NCBI RefSeq assembly: GCF_006345805.1 | Contig: NC_043007.1 | Location: 5,580,001-5,644,000, forward strand | Source: Octopus sinensis | Taxonomy: Eukaryota | Direction of reading: 5' to 3' | DNA length: 64,000 bases | Shown here: positions 40,335 to 57,051 of the stretch, in pieces | How the letters are laid out: each line of letters begins with the position of its first letter | Position numbering within the stretch: position 1 is the first letter of the stretch | Made by a program: the position numbers and the translations under genes | The notes under the pieces: generated by a model | What the model was told of the DNA's origin: nothing | Database searches by the model: none | The model's input: the letters and a program-made list of their open reading frames with translations, nothing else

Positions 40335-40510
40335 ATATGTATATATATATATTTTATTTTTTATTTTTTTATTTTTTACTTTTTATTTTTTATTTTTTAC
40401 TTTTTTTTACTTTTTATTTTTTATTTTTTACTTTTTATTTTTTATTTTTTATTTTTTACTTTTTATTTTTTACTTTTTTTTTTTTACTTTTTATTTTTTA
40501 CTTTTTATTA
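40335..40510. repeat. Degenerate (TTTTTA/TTTTAC)n tract
   Basis: Direct reading. Confidence 0.9.
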
Positions 40511-40664
40511 AAATTTTATGTATTGATTAAGTCTTTCCTTGTTTGTTTTGCAAAATAGTGGTTTTCTCTCTAATTAATATTATATAATATTTTACTATAA
40601 ATTGGATTTAATCCTAAATCTGATTTTTTTCCCTGTAAATTTGGATTTATTCCCTAATATTTAT

Positions 40665-40728
<64 letters not shown>

Positions 40729-40735
40729 GTATATA

Positions 40736-41106
40736 TCTCTCTCTATATAAACGGCAGTTTGTCTGTGTGCGTGTCTGTGTGTCTGTCAGGTTGTACCCTC
40801 ACCCTGACCACGGCTTTCAACCGATTCTGATGAAACTTGACACACACATAGCCCAATGTCATAATTCAAAACTACGCAGCGCGAAAATTTTGAAAGTTCC
40901 CCCAGTTCTGAAAAAGATCGATAAATTCGACTGGGGTCGACAATCAGAAACACAAACCACAGATGGTCTAGGGAACGCAACTCGACCTTTTTAACTCTCA
41001 AAAAAATTTACCATCATTTTTTCCCCATCTTTTGGGCTATAACTCTCTAAAAAGCTTTATAGTTATTTCCCTTACAAACCCGAGCAACGCCGGGCGATAC
41101 TGCTAG
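40736..41106 (+). mobile_element. Non-autonomous Helitron (family H2)
   Basis: 5' tctctatataaacggcag; 3' hairpin cccg-agcaacgc-cggg (41079-41094) 8 nt before the terminal CTAG, followed by T. Confidence 0.85.
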
Positions 41107-41202
41107 TACATATATATATTGCGTAAATTTTATACTGTGCAGTGACCATAGCTGGGAACGGTAGTCTTATGTACACATATCTATCTATCTATCTATCTAT
41201 AT

Positions 41203-41276
<74 letters not shown>

Positions 41277-41282
41277 TCACTG

Positions 41283-41650
41283 TGCAGTGACCATAGCTGG
41301 AAGCGGTAGTCTAAGCGGCTAAAGACATATGTCCTCCAAAGGACCATCATAGTTTCCTGTTCTTTCCTGAAAGTTCGAAGGATCCATCTAGGATCCATCC
41401 GTCTGTTGTTTTAATGCCTGATCAGTAATATGCAACTGGAAAGCTGCATCATTACACATGTCAGTGCCCAGATCCTGCACTGATTTTGATTTAGAGATTG
41501 CAGTTCCTCCTGGGCCAGTGTGTCCTTTGAGAGACTTTCGTGTTATCTGCATAGCTAGCAAGGGTGGCTATCCGAGCAAAGCTGAGGGCAAGTCTGAGAG
41601 GCTGAGAAGGCCGCTATGAACTGCACTGGATTTAAGACAGTGCCCTGTGC
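41283..41650 (-). mobile_element. CR1/L2-type LINE RT fragment
   Basis: Minus strand LSDLPSA..LASYADNTKVS, SVQDLG.DMCNDA, WILRTF...[18 protein letters not shown]. Confidence 0.8.
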
Positions 41651-41698
41651 AACAACACTTACTATTTGTGTTTCCTTTCACGTGGCTCCATATGCATA

Positions 41699-41740
<42 letters not shown>

Positions 41741-42039
41741 CGTGTGCGTTTGTGTAGGTATATATATATATATGTGTGATTGTGTGACGGTGTTTGTATT
41801 TCTCCCCCACCATCACTTAACAACTGGCGTTGATTTATTTACGAACTAGCGGTTCGGCAAAAGGAAACCCATGGAATAATTACTAGGTTTAAAAATGTGC
41901 ATGGGAATGCCCCAGACTGGCCGTAGTCCAATGGCTGAACGAAATAAATAGTAAAGTGAAGAATACCCTGGAAAATGATTTTTATACGTAAATCATTTTA
42001 TAGTTTGTCTCTTTAAACAGAAGTTTCGGATTTTGGTTG

Positions 42040-42440
42040 GAGGCTTGCAACTTCGTGGACGGTAGAATGGTTGATTATTACATCACTTGGTAATCATTTT
42101 ATCGTCACTAAAAAAAAGATGCAAGGCAAAACTCTCTTCGGCGAAATTTGAACTCAAAACGTATGGAGTCGGAAAAGATGCTGCCAAGCATTTTGTTAAA
42201 CGCTCGAACACTTCTGCCAGCTCGCCACTTTTTTGCCCCTTTAAATAATTCTTTCTCTTATAGGCACAAGTCTGAAATATTAGGTGAGTGGCTAGTCATT
42301 TACATCGACACAAGTACTCAACGAGCATTTATTTTATCGATTCCAACCGGAATTTGAACTCAAAACCTAAATAGCAAGATGGAATCCTGCAAAACATTTT
42401 GCCAGGCTTGCTGAATATTCTGCCATTTCCCCGCCTCAGG
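42040..42440 (-). mobile_element. Two adjacent degraded SINE family A copies
   Basis: gaaatttgaactcaaaac at ~42145 and ~42352, each with family A flanking motifs. Confidence 0.7.
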
Positions 42441-42676
42441 TCTCTTTAAATCATACCAAAAGTCTTATATCCTGATTCTCGATTGTACATCTGCAAGTCT
42501 GTAAATCAGCAAATCTCAATAAAAATGTTACCCCGAGTTTCACCGGAGAAGTCACCATTTTGTTGCATTGCACAAAATGCTAAGTGTAGCAGCCAAATCT
42601 TCCTCTAATCACAGCATACGATTTAGACGAGATTAGATAAAAATAGAAGATGGACAAAAGGCAGAAAGAAGAGAGA

Positions 42677-42741
<65 letters not shown>

Positions 42742-45689
42742 GCTTCCTCGGAGCTCCAAGCAGTGAGAAAGCAATCGATGTTGATGAGTATCATATATAT
42801 ATATATATGTATACACACATACACACACACACACACATATATATATGTATGTATGTATATATACATATACTTTTATATATGTATAAATGTCTTCCCCCAA
42901 TAATATTGCACTTCATTTTGAAGCCGTGACGAAGCAATAAAGTGAAGCACAAACACTCAAATATAAGTGCATTGCCTCTTATAGCAGAAACAGCTGTGAG
43001 CTAATGAAGTTGCTCACATAATCCCTTGCTCCCTTCTCATTTCTATAAAACCCTTATTACGTTCTGCACTCGGTTAACTTTTTTTTTCTGAACCATATAT
43101 GTATATCGAGTCCGAATACCACGTTATTAGTATCACCTAACTCGTATATATATAATATATATATATAATTGGATGTATCTATATTTGTATATATTGTTCC
43201 TATCTCTCTGTATCAGTCTATCTATCCAACATTCACCCTCTTTCTTTCTTTGTCTCTGTGTATATGTCTCTTTCTCTCCCCCTCTCTCTCATTCTCTCTC
43301 TTTTTCTGAACTGAAAATATAAAAACAATCTTTTAAAATAAAAGAATATATGCATGTGTGTGTGTGTGTGCGTGTGTGTCTGTGAGTGTGTGTATACTTG
43401 TACGCTATGACTCATATATGCTTGGGAGATGTGATGGTCAGAAAAGGAACGCCTTCAATTGAAGGTTATCTGATTGTTAATGAAAGCAAACAGACAGGAG
43501 AAAAATCTATTTTAAAAATTAGAAAGATAATGAAAGTAATTACTATGCTATTTTAGAATTTTACAGGTAAAAATATAACCAAAACAAAAAATAAATAAAG
43601 CTATCAAAAGAGCTGTAATTCAACTAATTAAATTTAAATATTCATCGATTTCTTCATCATAGCTTTGATTTCTTTTTTTTTTGTTCATTTTTTGTTTCTA
43701 TGCTTCTAAGATATATTTCAAATATAAAACAGTTATTTAAATTCTACATTTCACAACGACATACGCAATATTTACGTTACGATAAAAAATAAACAAATTT
43801 CTACTTTCACTTTTATTTATTTCTATATGTTTCCAAATGCGCGCGTGCGTGTGTATGTAATGTAAGGGAAAGAGAACGAAAACGAAAGACAGAGATAGAT
43901 AAAGCGAGAGGAGCGAACAAAGGATGAATGAAGGAGAGAAATGAATGCTCATATATTTTATTCTCTTTCAGATAAATCTGTTTTTTGTCAACTGTAAATA
44001 TTGTTCACCATTTAAATCTTCGGTTAAACCAACAAAGACTTTAATTTTATTGAATAACTAAGGATGCCACTGTTGTATATTATATACATTACAAACAGAA
44101 AACACAGACATATACAAGCACACGAATGTGTGTGTGTGTGTGTGCGCGCGTGTATGTGTGTGTGTGTGTGCACGTTTCCATAGATGTACTGAAGGATAAA
44201 AAGATACGTTTGTGTAGGAAACTGAAGTCGTATAAACCTCATTTCCTGGTACATACGATCCATATACTTATACCTAGTTACATGCATGACAAATTCTACA
44301 TAAAGAGTATACTTAGGTACCTGTGTACAGTCTCAAACAAACATAACATCGATAGGTAGAGAGGGAAAATGTTTTCTTTTAGTATGACGAAAGCAAACAC
44401 GAACGCACAACACACCCGTCCCTCCATCCATCCATCCATCCATCCATCCATCCATCCTCACTTTCTTACATACATATATATGTGATTGTGTGTGTGTGTG
44501 TGCGTACCTATTCGTTTGTTTCTCTGTACACAAACAACAGCAAGCGAGAGTGAGGAAGTAAAAGACGACAGATTGAAAGAAGGTAACTACGGACAACTAC
44601 CTCGAACTTGAGGAAATTCCTCAATACGGAAATAGCGACACACACACATATGTGCACGTACCCGTAAACAGACACATGCATATAATCAACGTCTGTAATC
44701 CAACACATCACATAACACACCGCAAGACAACAACACGAAATAGCATAACACAACAACATTACAACATGCTACCAGAACACAAACAATGAATACCGTAACA
44801 GACAACAACACTTCTCGACATACCACAAGAGAATACAGCGCGACAAACCACAACGGTGCTTCTACATCACCAAGGGGAAATACCCCCGCAACGTATCACA
44901 ACAAACCACAGCGCACTACACCACACAACACATCACGACACAGTGCAACAAACAGCACAACTTAGCGTATAACACCACAACATAGTAACACAACACTGCG
45001 ACACATACCACAACGTAACATACTAAACCATAAAGAATAAAGCACTACAATGCAAAATGCTGCAGCACAATAGTACACCACATGTCACTACGCATTGTAA
45101 CACAACAACAATCTTCGCTACACAAACGTATCTCTAGACAAAAGAACGTACCACAACAAAGCGCATTACATCACACTATATTCATGCAACACAACAACAC
45201 AACAGAATATTCCGGAGCATAGCAGAAGATGAGGTGGCATAACAATCTTAAATAGAAACTGTCACAACAGCACAAAACAACAACCTATACCTTACTGATA
45301 CACGGTGAAGCACAACAGCTACAGCGTCACAACACGTCCACGCTAAGCAGTACGAGTCAACGAGGGAATCTCTGTATGGTCACTTCAACTGTTAGAAATA
45401 GCAGCTAAATTTCCCTGAAATCGCGCACTGCCGTATTAAATGAGAAAAGCACATGACATTATTTTAGTTGCACCCAATTCCTAAACAGCTATGATGCTTT
45501 TGAATGTCTGTTCGCTCGAACAGGGTTTACCTGGGGTTAATCAACGGCAACAATAACAATAGCATCAACATCAATACCACCACCGCCACAGCTGATGACA
45601 CCGCCGACACCAACACCAATACCAACAGGTGTCTATCACAGTGCAACAACGTGGTATACTACGGCTGCTGCAAAGCTTGCTTCTTTTCA

Positions 45690-45731
<42 letters not shown>

Positions 45732-45744
45732 CATAATAATAATA

Positions 45745-45779
<35 letters not shown>

Positions 45780-45807
45780 ATGATGATGATGATGATGATG
45801 ATGATAC

Positions 45808-45860
<53 letters not shown>
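45690..45860. repeat. (AAT)n-(GAT)n-(AAT)n compound microsatellite
   Basis: Direct reading. Confidence 0.97.
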
Positions 45861-45959
45861 TTCTTTTAATATTTTGCCTGAACGGTGGCGGATGAGAAAG
45901 AGAAAGAGAGAGGTGAGAGAGGGAGAGAGGGAGAGAGGGAGAGATAGATAGATAAATAG

Positions 45960-45993
<34 letters not shown>

Positions 45994-46648
45994 ATGTCGA
46001 GGACAAGTTTCAAAAGAGCCAAGTGGTAGCTTTATTGAGTGTCGAAAGCCATGGCAGAAGCAGAATGTCACAATGATGAGGTGTGCGAGTGGGTGATCGA
46101 TGCGATCATCGATTATATCGATCCCTGACATTTGACTCCGTATTTTACCGCCTTCTCCTCACTGATAAAAGAATGAATGAAATACAAGTTTGCCACCAGC
46201 GGGATTCGAACACAAAAACGTGTGACAATTAAAATCAACAACAAAACGCACACGCACACACACCAAGGTATGGAAATCAAAATGGTGGTGGTGGTGGTGG
46301 TGGTGTTTGGTGTTTGGTGTTTGTAGCGGTGGTTGCGAAGTGTTGGGGGGGGGGTGTTTGTCTTGTTGATAGTAATATATCGAATCTCTTTATCAGGGGC
46401 TTAACTATTCTACCAGCCTCCAATTCAAAGCAATAATTGTATGTAATTGTTTACCATTTAAGCACAAGGCCAGCAATTTTGATGGGGTATATTACTGGTA
46501 CTTTCCGGTACATCTCTCGAAAAGATAAATTGGTAAATTTGGGTGCAACGGAATATAACGATCCAAACGAAACACATAAAAAAAAATATTTTTCCCGACT
46601 GCGCAACCGATTTTGACAAATAACTTAACAAAACAAGCAATTATATAT

Positions 46649-46740
<92 letters not shown>

Positions 46741-46750
46741 GTATATATGC

Positions 46751-46781
<31 letters not shown>

Positions 46782-47249
46782 ATAGATATATATATATATA
46801 TATAATATATATATAATATATATATATATAATATATATATATATATAAAGTAATGATTGAAGTCAAATTAGAGAATATAACAAAAAGCCCAGAAAACACT
46901 CGTTTTTTGAGTTTTCTGACCGGTTTATTTTCCCATCTTTTCTTGTTTCTGCGATTATCATCCTTTTGTTATTGTTTTAAACTGATGGAAAATTGACTGT
47001 TTTTTTTTTTCCATTCTTTTTCTTTTCTTTTTAAAGTATTGATATGAAATATCTGTCGAAGAAATAATATAATCGATGAAACGTAAATGAATGAAAGAAA
47101 GAATAAAGGAAGGAGAAAGCGAGGGCTTACCGGCACGAGACAGATATTTCCACTTGCGTTGAAGGTACGACTGACGTACCTGGATTGAAAGGTGCGATTC
47201 CCGCCGCCATGTTTACACTGTCACATTACTCAAGTCAACTAAAAACACA

Positions 47250-48013
47250 TCTAGCAGTGAGGCTTGATGTTGCTGTTGTTGTTGTGGTTACTGCTGCAGC
47301 TATTGCTGCTGCTGCTGCTGTTGATGGAAGTTGTTCGTAGTGGTGGTGGTGGTGGTGGTGGTAGTTAGTGTTCGTTCTTGCAAAGTTCGTAATGGTGGTG
47401 GTAGCAGTAATATCAAAAGTTGTTATTAGTGTTGATGACGGTGGTGACGGTGGTAGCGTTGGTGGTTGCAATGCAACAGGTTGCTGTTGATGTTGTTGGT
47501 GATGCTGGTGATGATGCTAACACCTGTAATTAGTGGCGCTGGTGTTGGTGGTAGAAGACTAAAAGTCGGTGTTGTTGGCGATGGATTGGCGCAGGTCAGT
47601 GGTGTAGCGTTCAACTGGTTACTGTTATTGTTGTATTAGTAGTGGCGACCGAATAGGTTTAGGTTGTAGTAGCATTCGAACTGATGTTGTGGTTGTTGTT
47701 GATAGTTGTGGTTGTTGTTGCTAGCGCTGTCGTTGCGATAGTAGTAGTAGTAGTGGCAGTTTTAAAAGTTGCAGTTAGCAGAATTGTGGTATGAGTTGTA
47801 TTAAAGACGTTTGGTGGTTGCGGTGTTAGTAGCGGTGGTGGTAATGGTGGCTGTGCAAGTAAGAGTAGCAGTTGCAGCAGAAATAGTTGTAGTATTGGAT
47901 GTAATAGTAGTAGTAGTAATGTTAATTGTTTCAGGTAGGAGTCTCAGAAGTTAGTGTTGTAGTTGTATGTAGAATCTGTTGTAGTTTTAGTGCAGCAGCA
48001 GCAGTAGTAGTTA

Positions 48014-48068
<55 letters not shown>

Positions 48069-49048
48069 CTTTTGAAGTTGCAGTTATTAGTGTTATGGTA
48101 TTCGTAGATGTAAGGATTGTAGCAGTCTTGGCTGTAGTGTTCGTAGTTTGTAAAGTTTATGCTTGTAGTGGTGAGGAGTTGATGTCTGCAGTGTTGTAGT
48201 GCACCTTGTGGGAGTGGTTTTGGTGGTGGTAGTAGTAGTAGTAGTATTGGTGGTGGTGGTGGTGGCGGTTGTGTCTATTATCGTTGATGGTGGTGGGTTT
48301 GGTGACAGTAGCAGCGCCAAAAGTTGTTCTCAATGTTTCTGGTGATGCAAGTGGCGGCGGCGGTGGTGGTGGGGGGTTAGGATAATCGTGAAGACAACCG
48401 AGTTGATGGCGGTGGAAGTTGGTAATGATGTAGAAGGTGGCGCCGGGGGGTTTGTCATTGGCGTTGGTATTATTGATAATGATGGTGGGGGCCAGGAGGG
48501 GGGGCGGCGAAGGAAACAGAATGATATTGCTGATGGGGGTGGCGGGGAAAGTGAAAGTTGTCAAGGTTGTTATTGATATGGTTTAACCCCAGGCAGCTCC
48601 ACACCACCACGGCGATGCGTTGACTGGCTGTAATTGTTGGTGGCAGCGGTGTTGATGAAGATGACGATGGCGGTGGTGGCGGTGGTGGTGTTTATTATCG
48701 TTGAACATTAACGTGGTGGTGGTGGGGACGATAGTTTTTCGTTTATCGCGGTGTTGGTTGTAGTTGGAAGCGGCGCAGCAGAGAATACGACTGGGGTGGA
48801 GCGTATTGTTGACAGCGGCGGCGCCGTGACAGCGGAGGCGGCGTGCACATTATGCTGGTGATGGGTGTGGCGATTGGATTGTGTCGGCGATGGTGTTGAA
48901 GAGTTTAGTTGTAGAAGTTGTTATTAAGAGCAATGGTGGCGGTGCTGACGTTGAGGACTGCCAGCGGCGGCGGTGGCTTATGGTGGAAGTTGTTAACAGA
49001 GGTGAATGCGTCTGTGATAGTCAAAGATGATAGTAGTAGTAGTAGTAT

Positions 49049-49096
<48 letters not shown>

Positions 49097-49124
49097 CAGC
49101 AGTAGTAGTAGTAGTAGTAGTAGT

Positions 49125-49159
<35 letters not shown>

Positions 49160-49209
49160 TAGTAGAAGTAGAAGTAGTAGTAGTAGAAGTAGTAGTAGTA
49201 GAAGTAGAA

Positions 49210-49243
<34 letters not shown>

Positions 49244-50300
49244 AATGAATAGTAGTAGTAGTAATAGTAGTAGTATTAGCAGCAGCAGCAGCAGCAGTAG
49301 TAGTTGTTGTTAGTGGTGTGGTGGTGGTGGTGGACAGTGGTGGTGGTGTTGGCGCCGGTGGTGCCCGCTTGCCGCTGTTGGCTACAAAATGCGACCTTCT
49401 GACTTAATAAACGGTTGTTGGCAGCAGCAGCAGCAGTATCAACAGTAGTATTAGCAATAGTAGTAGTAGTGGCAGCAGCATGTAATTCACAAGTGTCTGC
49501 CTATCGTCATCGTCGTCATCAGCAGCATAGTAGCAGTGGTGGTGGTGGTGGTGGTGGTGGTGGAGGCTGTCTGTTGCTATGACAGTTGTAAAAGTTGTGC
49601 GGCTTTTTCTTTGCTTTGTATTGGTGATGATGATGATGATGATGACGACGACGATGATGATGATGATGAGGAGGAGGAGGAGGAAGAGGGGGATGAGGAG
49701 GCAGAAGAGGACAACGATTATGACGATAAAGCTGTTGCTGTCGCCGGTGGTGGTGGTGATGGTGTTAGTGATTATTACGAAAATGATGATGATGATGATT
49801 ATGAGGAGGTGGAGGAGGGGAGATAGAAGAGAATGGCTACGTTGGTGGTGGCGGTGATGGTGATAATAATGGTTCCAAATATTGCCACAAGGGCCGCAAT
49901 TTTGTGGAAAAACCCTGTTGTAAAGTAAGTACCAGCTGTACACTGGGGTCGATGTAATCGACTACAGGGTACAACTGCTGGTAATTATTTTATCGACTTC
50001 GAATGAAAGGATGAAAGGCAAAGTCTACCTCGGCGGCATTTGTGTGATGACGATGACGATGACGATGACATACTAATGAAGATAGCAGTGGTGATGATGG
50101 TGGCATTGACGATAGTTACGATGATGATGATGAGGAGGAGGAGGAAGGAGAGAGGGAGGGGAAAGGATATAGATTAGGATTATGGCACTGGTGATGATAT
50201 AATGAATAATTTAATCAGTTCATTTTTGTTAATGTAACCGAAATAGCTGTAGTTGTTAATGATGATGCTGATACTGTTGTTGATGGTGGTGGTGGTGCCG
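47250..50300. repeat. ~3-kb mosaic of degenerate GTN/GAN/GCA trinucleotide repeats
   Basis: (GTA)n, (GTG)n, (GTT)n, (GCA)n, (GAT)n and (GAG)n blocks with decayed triplet sequence between them. Confidence 0.9.
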
Positions 50301-50554
50301 AAGAGCGGCGACTGTGATGACTCTCTGCTCGTTACGGATTACTTGATCCTCTTCTCCACTACCGTTCAAAGTAGTCTGTACATGACCACCCGACCTGCAA
50401 GAAAGAACAGTCAAGTACCCCTTAAAATCGAACGCGCTGTTTTTTTTTTTTTTAAGGACATGCTTAATATGGTGGCTGTGAGTTCCCTGTACATAAGAAG
50501 GCCAGGAGGGGCACAAGTGGAATCCCGTTGATTATAGAGGCTGAATTATATTTT

Positions 50555-50700
50555 CTGTTATAGGCACAAAGATCAACTGGTACCGACCCCGAAAAGATAA
50601 AAGACAAATTCGAACTTGGCAGAATTTGAACTCGGAACGTTAAATGCTTCTCATCAATTAGTCCGATGTGTTAACGATTCTGACAGCTCGCTACCAAGGG
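50555..50700 (-). mobile_element. SINE family A copy (degraded)
   Basis: gaccccgaaaagataaaagac...gaatttgaactcggaac...gttaacgattctgacagctcgc. Confidence 0.75.
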
Positions 50701-51997
50701 ACTAAACAGTAACACGTCGCTTTCCTGCATTTGATTTTTATATTATCCAAGTTATGTAACAACCTCGTATTATTAATTGTCATAAAACACAAGTCTAGCA
50801 ACTGCGTGATGCCTTTATAATATTTATAATGCATTTGTGCGTGCGTTTGTGTGTGTGTGTGTATGTGTGTGTGTGTGTGCGTGTGTGTGTGTGTGTGTGT
50901 GTTTGTTATATGTCATAGAAACAGTATTAAATTAAGATACCCATCTCGGTATCATATTTATTGTAATACATATTTGAAATGGCATTTACTGTGGTTTTTG
51001 TTCAGAGAAATCATTTTTTCTGGACATGTTTTGGACAATGTCTATCGGAAGGAGACAAAAATCTCTCCAGCAGCTGCAAACGAGAACGCCATATGCATTT
51101 CGGTCTAGTTGAGCTTCATCAAGGGTATGACGTCACAGCCAGTGACGAGATTTGCCACTGCAGGAACAACTCTTGGCTTCCTCGTCCATAAAAGATCGTA
51201 TGTCGGGACGAACATCGTTGAGAATTGCCTTTCAACGATGTATTTACATTAAGCATTTAAATAATATTATATATTTTCGATAGATACATACATATAATTG
51301 TTTTCTAAAATAATCGCAATGCTCTGACCTCCTACTCTGAGTTGGGAAAGTAGCACTCGTAACCGTTTTTAGAGTGGAAGAATCTTCGGGGTAGAGGTAA
51401 AATTTGAATTGCTGCACCCGAATGAACCCCCGCCAAACACACCACGAAGCCATGTGATGATATTTAGATCAAATTTACTTCCGAGTCAGGTTACCGCATG
51501 CAGAAGTAGTTTGGTTTCGGAGTACAACTTTAGAAGCTTCTGATATTGTTTTTATGGATGAGTTTGTGGAAGAACTGTTTTGATAGAATAACCAAATCTT
51601 TGACGAGTTTCTACGTAATATTCTTCAACCATTTGTCACTTACAAGGTTTTGATTAATTCAGTGTTCAGTCGAAAACACGTTGTTACCACACAGCCATCT
51701 CTATACTCCTAGTTCAGAATTCTTTGACTGCTTATTCATTTGATGTGGACTCGGATTTATAGAAATAGAACCATTATATTATAGTGAGGTTTGGATTCAC
51801 TGACGAAACACGCATAATTTTAGAAAACGAACGTTATGCCCTTTAGTCAAAAACTATTATAAAACCACCACACACACACACACGCACACACACGCACACA
51901 CACACACACACACATACACACTCACACACACACACACACACACACACACCTACTTAAAGTCTGTGTTGAGCTCAAACGCCCATTAGGCTATACTCAC

Positions 51998-52106
51998 CCA
52001 GCTTTCCACGAGGGTTAAGTACAAAAATTCCTATTGAAGATGACTCCAATAAGTTGCAGATTTGATTCGAAACCTCCCAAGCATTGCTGTCAACTTTCAG
52101 ATTCGA
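51998..52106 (-). CDS. Candidate 109-nt internal exon resembling an ionotropic glutamate receptor N-terminal (LIVBP-like) segment; tentative
   Basis: Acceptor ttatttctcgtttttccag, donor G|gtgagt, open frame SNLKVDSNAWEVSNQICNLLESSSIGIFVLNPRGKL; no partner exons found, and a transposon origin is possible. Confidence 0.27.
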
Positions 52107-52279
52107 CTGGAAAAACGAGAAATAAGATGTACTGGCCAAGGTCACCACTGGCCGAAACATCTGTGAATCGAACCCAAGACCAAACAACCAAGTCAAACAA
52201 CTAAGTCACTAGGCCACGAATCCTCACACACAGATACAAACACACACACACACATTTACACACACAAACATACACGCAT

Positions 52280-52332
<53 letters not shown>

Positions 52333-53547
52333 AGCATGCACATTATGTATACCACTAAGATGCCGGGTTAATAATCACTGGTCATATTGATGGCTATCGT
52401 CTTTACAAACTGAGAAAAGATTTGATTAGAACTTTCGAGACTGGCGCAGATATTGTCAACTTTCAAAGCATTTAATTTAACGATTGCCATTGAGACTTGC
52501 ACAAAAACCGTAGAAACTTTCCAGGCGTCATTTCAGAAATAGAGGAAGACAATTTTCACCTTTATCGAAAATCTAATGAGACGATGCAACACGTTAATAT
52601 ACCTTCTACTCCGATTCCACATTTATGAGAAATTTAGTCTGTAACATTAGCGAACAAACAAATATACAATTCTTCTGACCAAAAATTGATACATTTTCAT
52701 AATGATGTCTTAAAAGTGAGCGCAGTCAAAGAAAGGAAAAGGAAAATATATTCACTACATAATATAACAAAATAAAGAAATCACACACTCGCGCGCACAA
52801 CGCGCATGCGCGCACCACACGCGTGCACACAATGCACGCACACCACGAGCATGCACAACACACATGTGCACACACACATATGCAACACAACAGTATTATG
52901 ATCTGGTCAGAACCCCACGGATGTAGATATATAATGTGCAAGTTTATTCTTTATACACATTCACGTCTTAAACACCCATCCAACCCACAAACCTTTCATT
53001 AAAATTAGCATCAAAATCAGCAATAGTTATTCCCAAAACCCGACTGTTACTACCAAGAAACAAAATTGCACCTACAGAAATATTTCAAATATTTACCTCA
53101 ATACAACCTTAATAAAGGCGATTCTGTTCTCTCGGTTGTAAGCGTAAGACTTGTGCATGGGGCGAAAGCAATCTCAATGGATTGTGTTGAATAAGATAGA
53201 TGTATTGGTCCTACTGAAAATGCATTTTAGAGTCAAAATACTAATTGTGTTTACTTTTTCAGACAAATAGAGAAACGAAAAAAAATTTATTTCAAAATGT
53301 TCAATATGGAATGAAAGAGTTTAAAGATAGTTGTAAGATCAAGTGGTCAGCAGCTGGAACGTATATTGCGTACTCCTGATTCGACAAATGTATTCTTTGT
53401 TTATCAGAAAAGTGTCATATTATAACAGCAACAAATTAACCAGACGTTATCAGCTGGTCTGCAACTGCCGTCATAGAAAATATCTGTCAAACAATCTTAA
53501 ACTTCTATTCATGACCTGGTTTTGGTAGTTTTCTTTTATTTAACCAG

Positions 53548-56270
<2,723 letters not shown>

Positions 56271-56883
56271 ATCACCAATTGAATATTTCGTTTCTTTTAC
56301 AATTGCACCTTGCTATATTTCTAAAATAATTCTTCTACATTTCAATTAACGTATTAATATTAGCATAACATTTATGGGGTTTTTTGCTCGTTTATTTACT
56401 AGCAGGGGAATGTAAAAATATTGACAAGTAAATATTATCTTTGCAACATTGTACCTTTGTAAACGTTGGTTTAATTTCCTAAGCACAGACAATGTGTGTT
56501 TGGTTGCTCATATTCATCCCAGCTGCCATATTTTTTCAGCAAATTCTGAATATGTAGATTCAGAAATATCTCTTCAGTATATTTTCTTCACCGGCAACCA
56601 GAAAGATCAAATTATCAGACACGATCAGGGAATACATTCACACACACACGCACGCGCGCCCGCATCCGCACACACGCAGCCGCACACACACACACGAACG
56701 CACGCACACACGAACGCACGCACACACACACACACACAAACGCACGCACACACATGCTTGCATACATAGATGCATACATTCACAAAACATACATACATGC
56801 ATACATAATACATACATACACACACACACACGCACACACATATATATATACATACACACAGATGCACACGCACACACACACAC

Positions 56884-56935
<52 letters not shown>

Positions 56936-57051
56936 CATATATATACATTATATATATATAAATATACATATATACATATACACACACACATATATATTTC
57001 CGGAATTTGTGTAAATGTGTATCGAATAATATATTCCTTGAATAAGAAACA

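Noticed and set aside
53100-53215. GPIH...EIAF frame as the upstream iGluR exon
   Set aside because: It hits a stop and has no donor in the phase needed to join 52106
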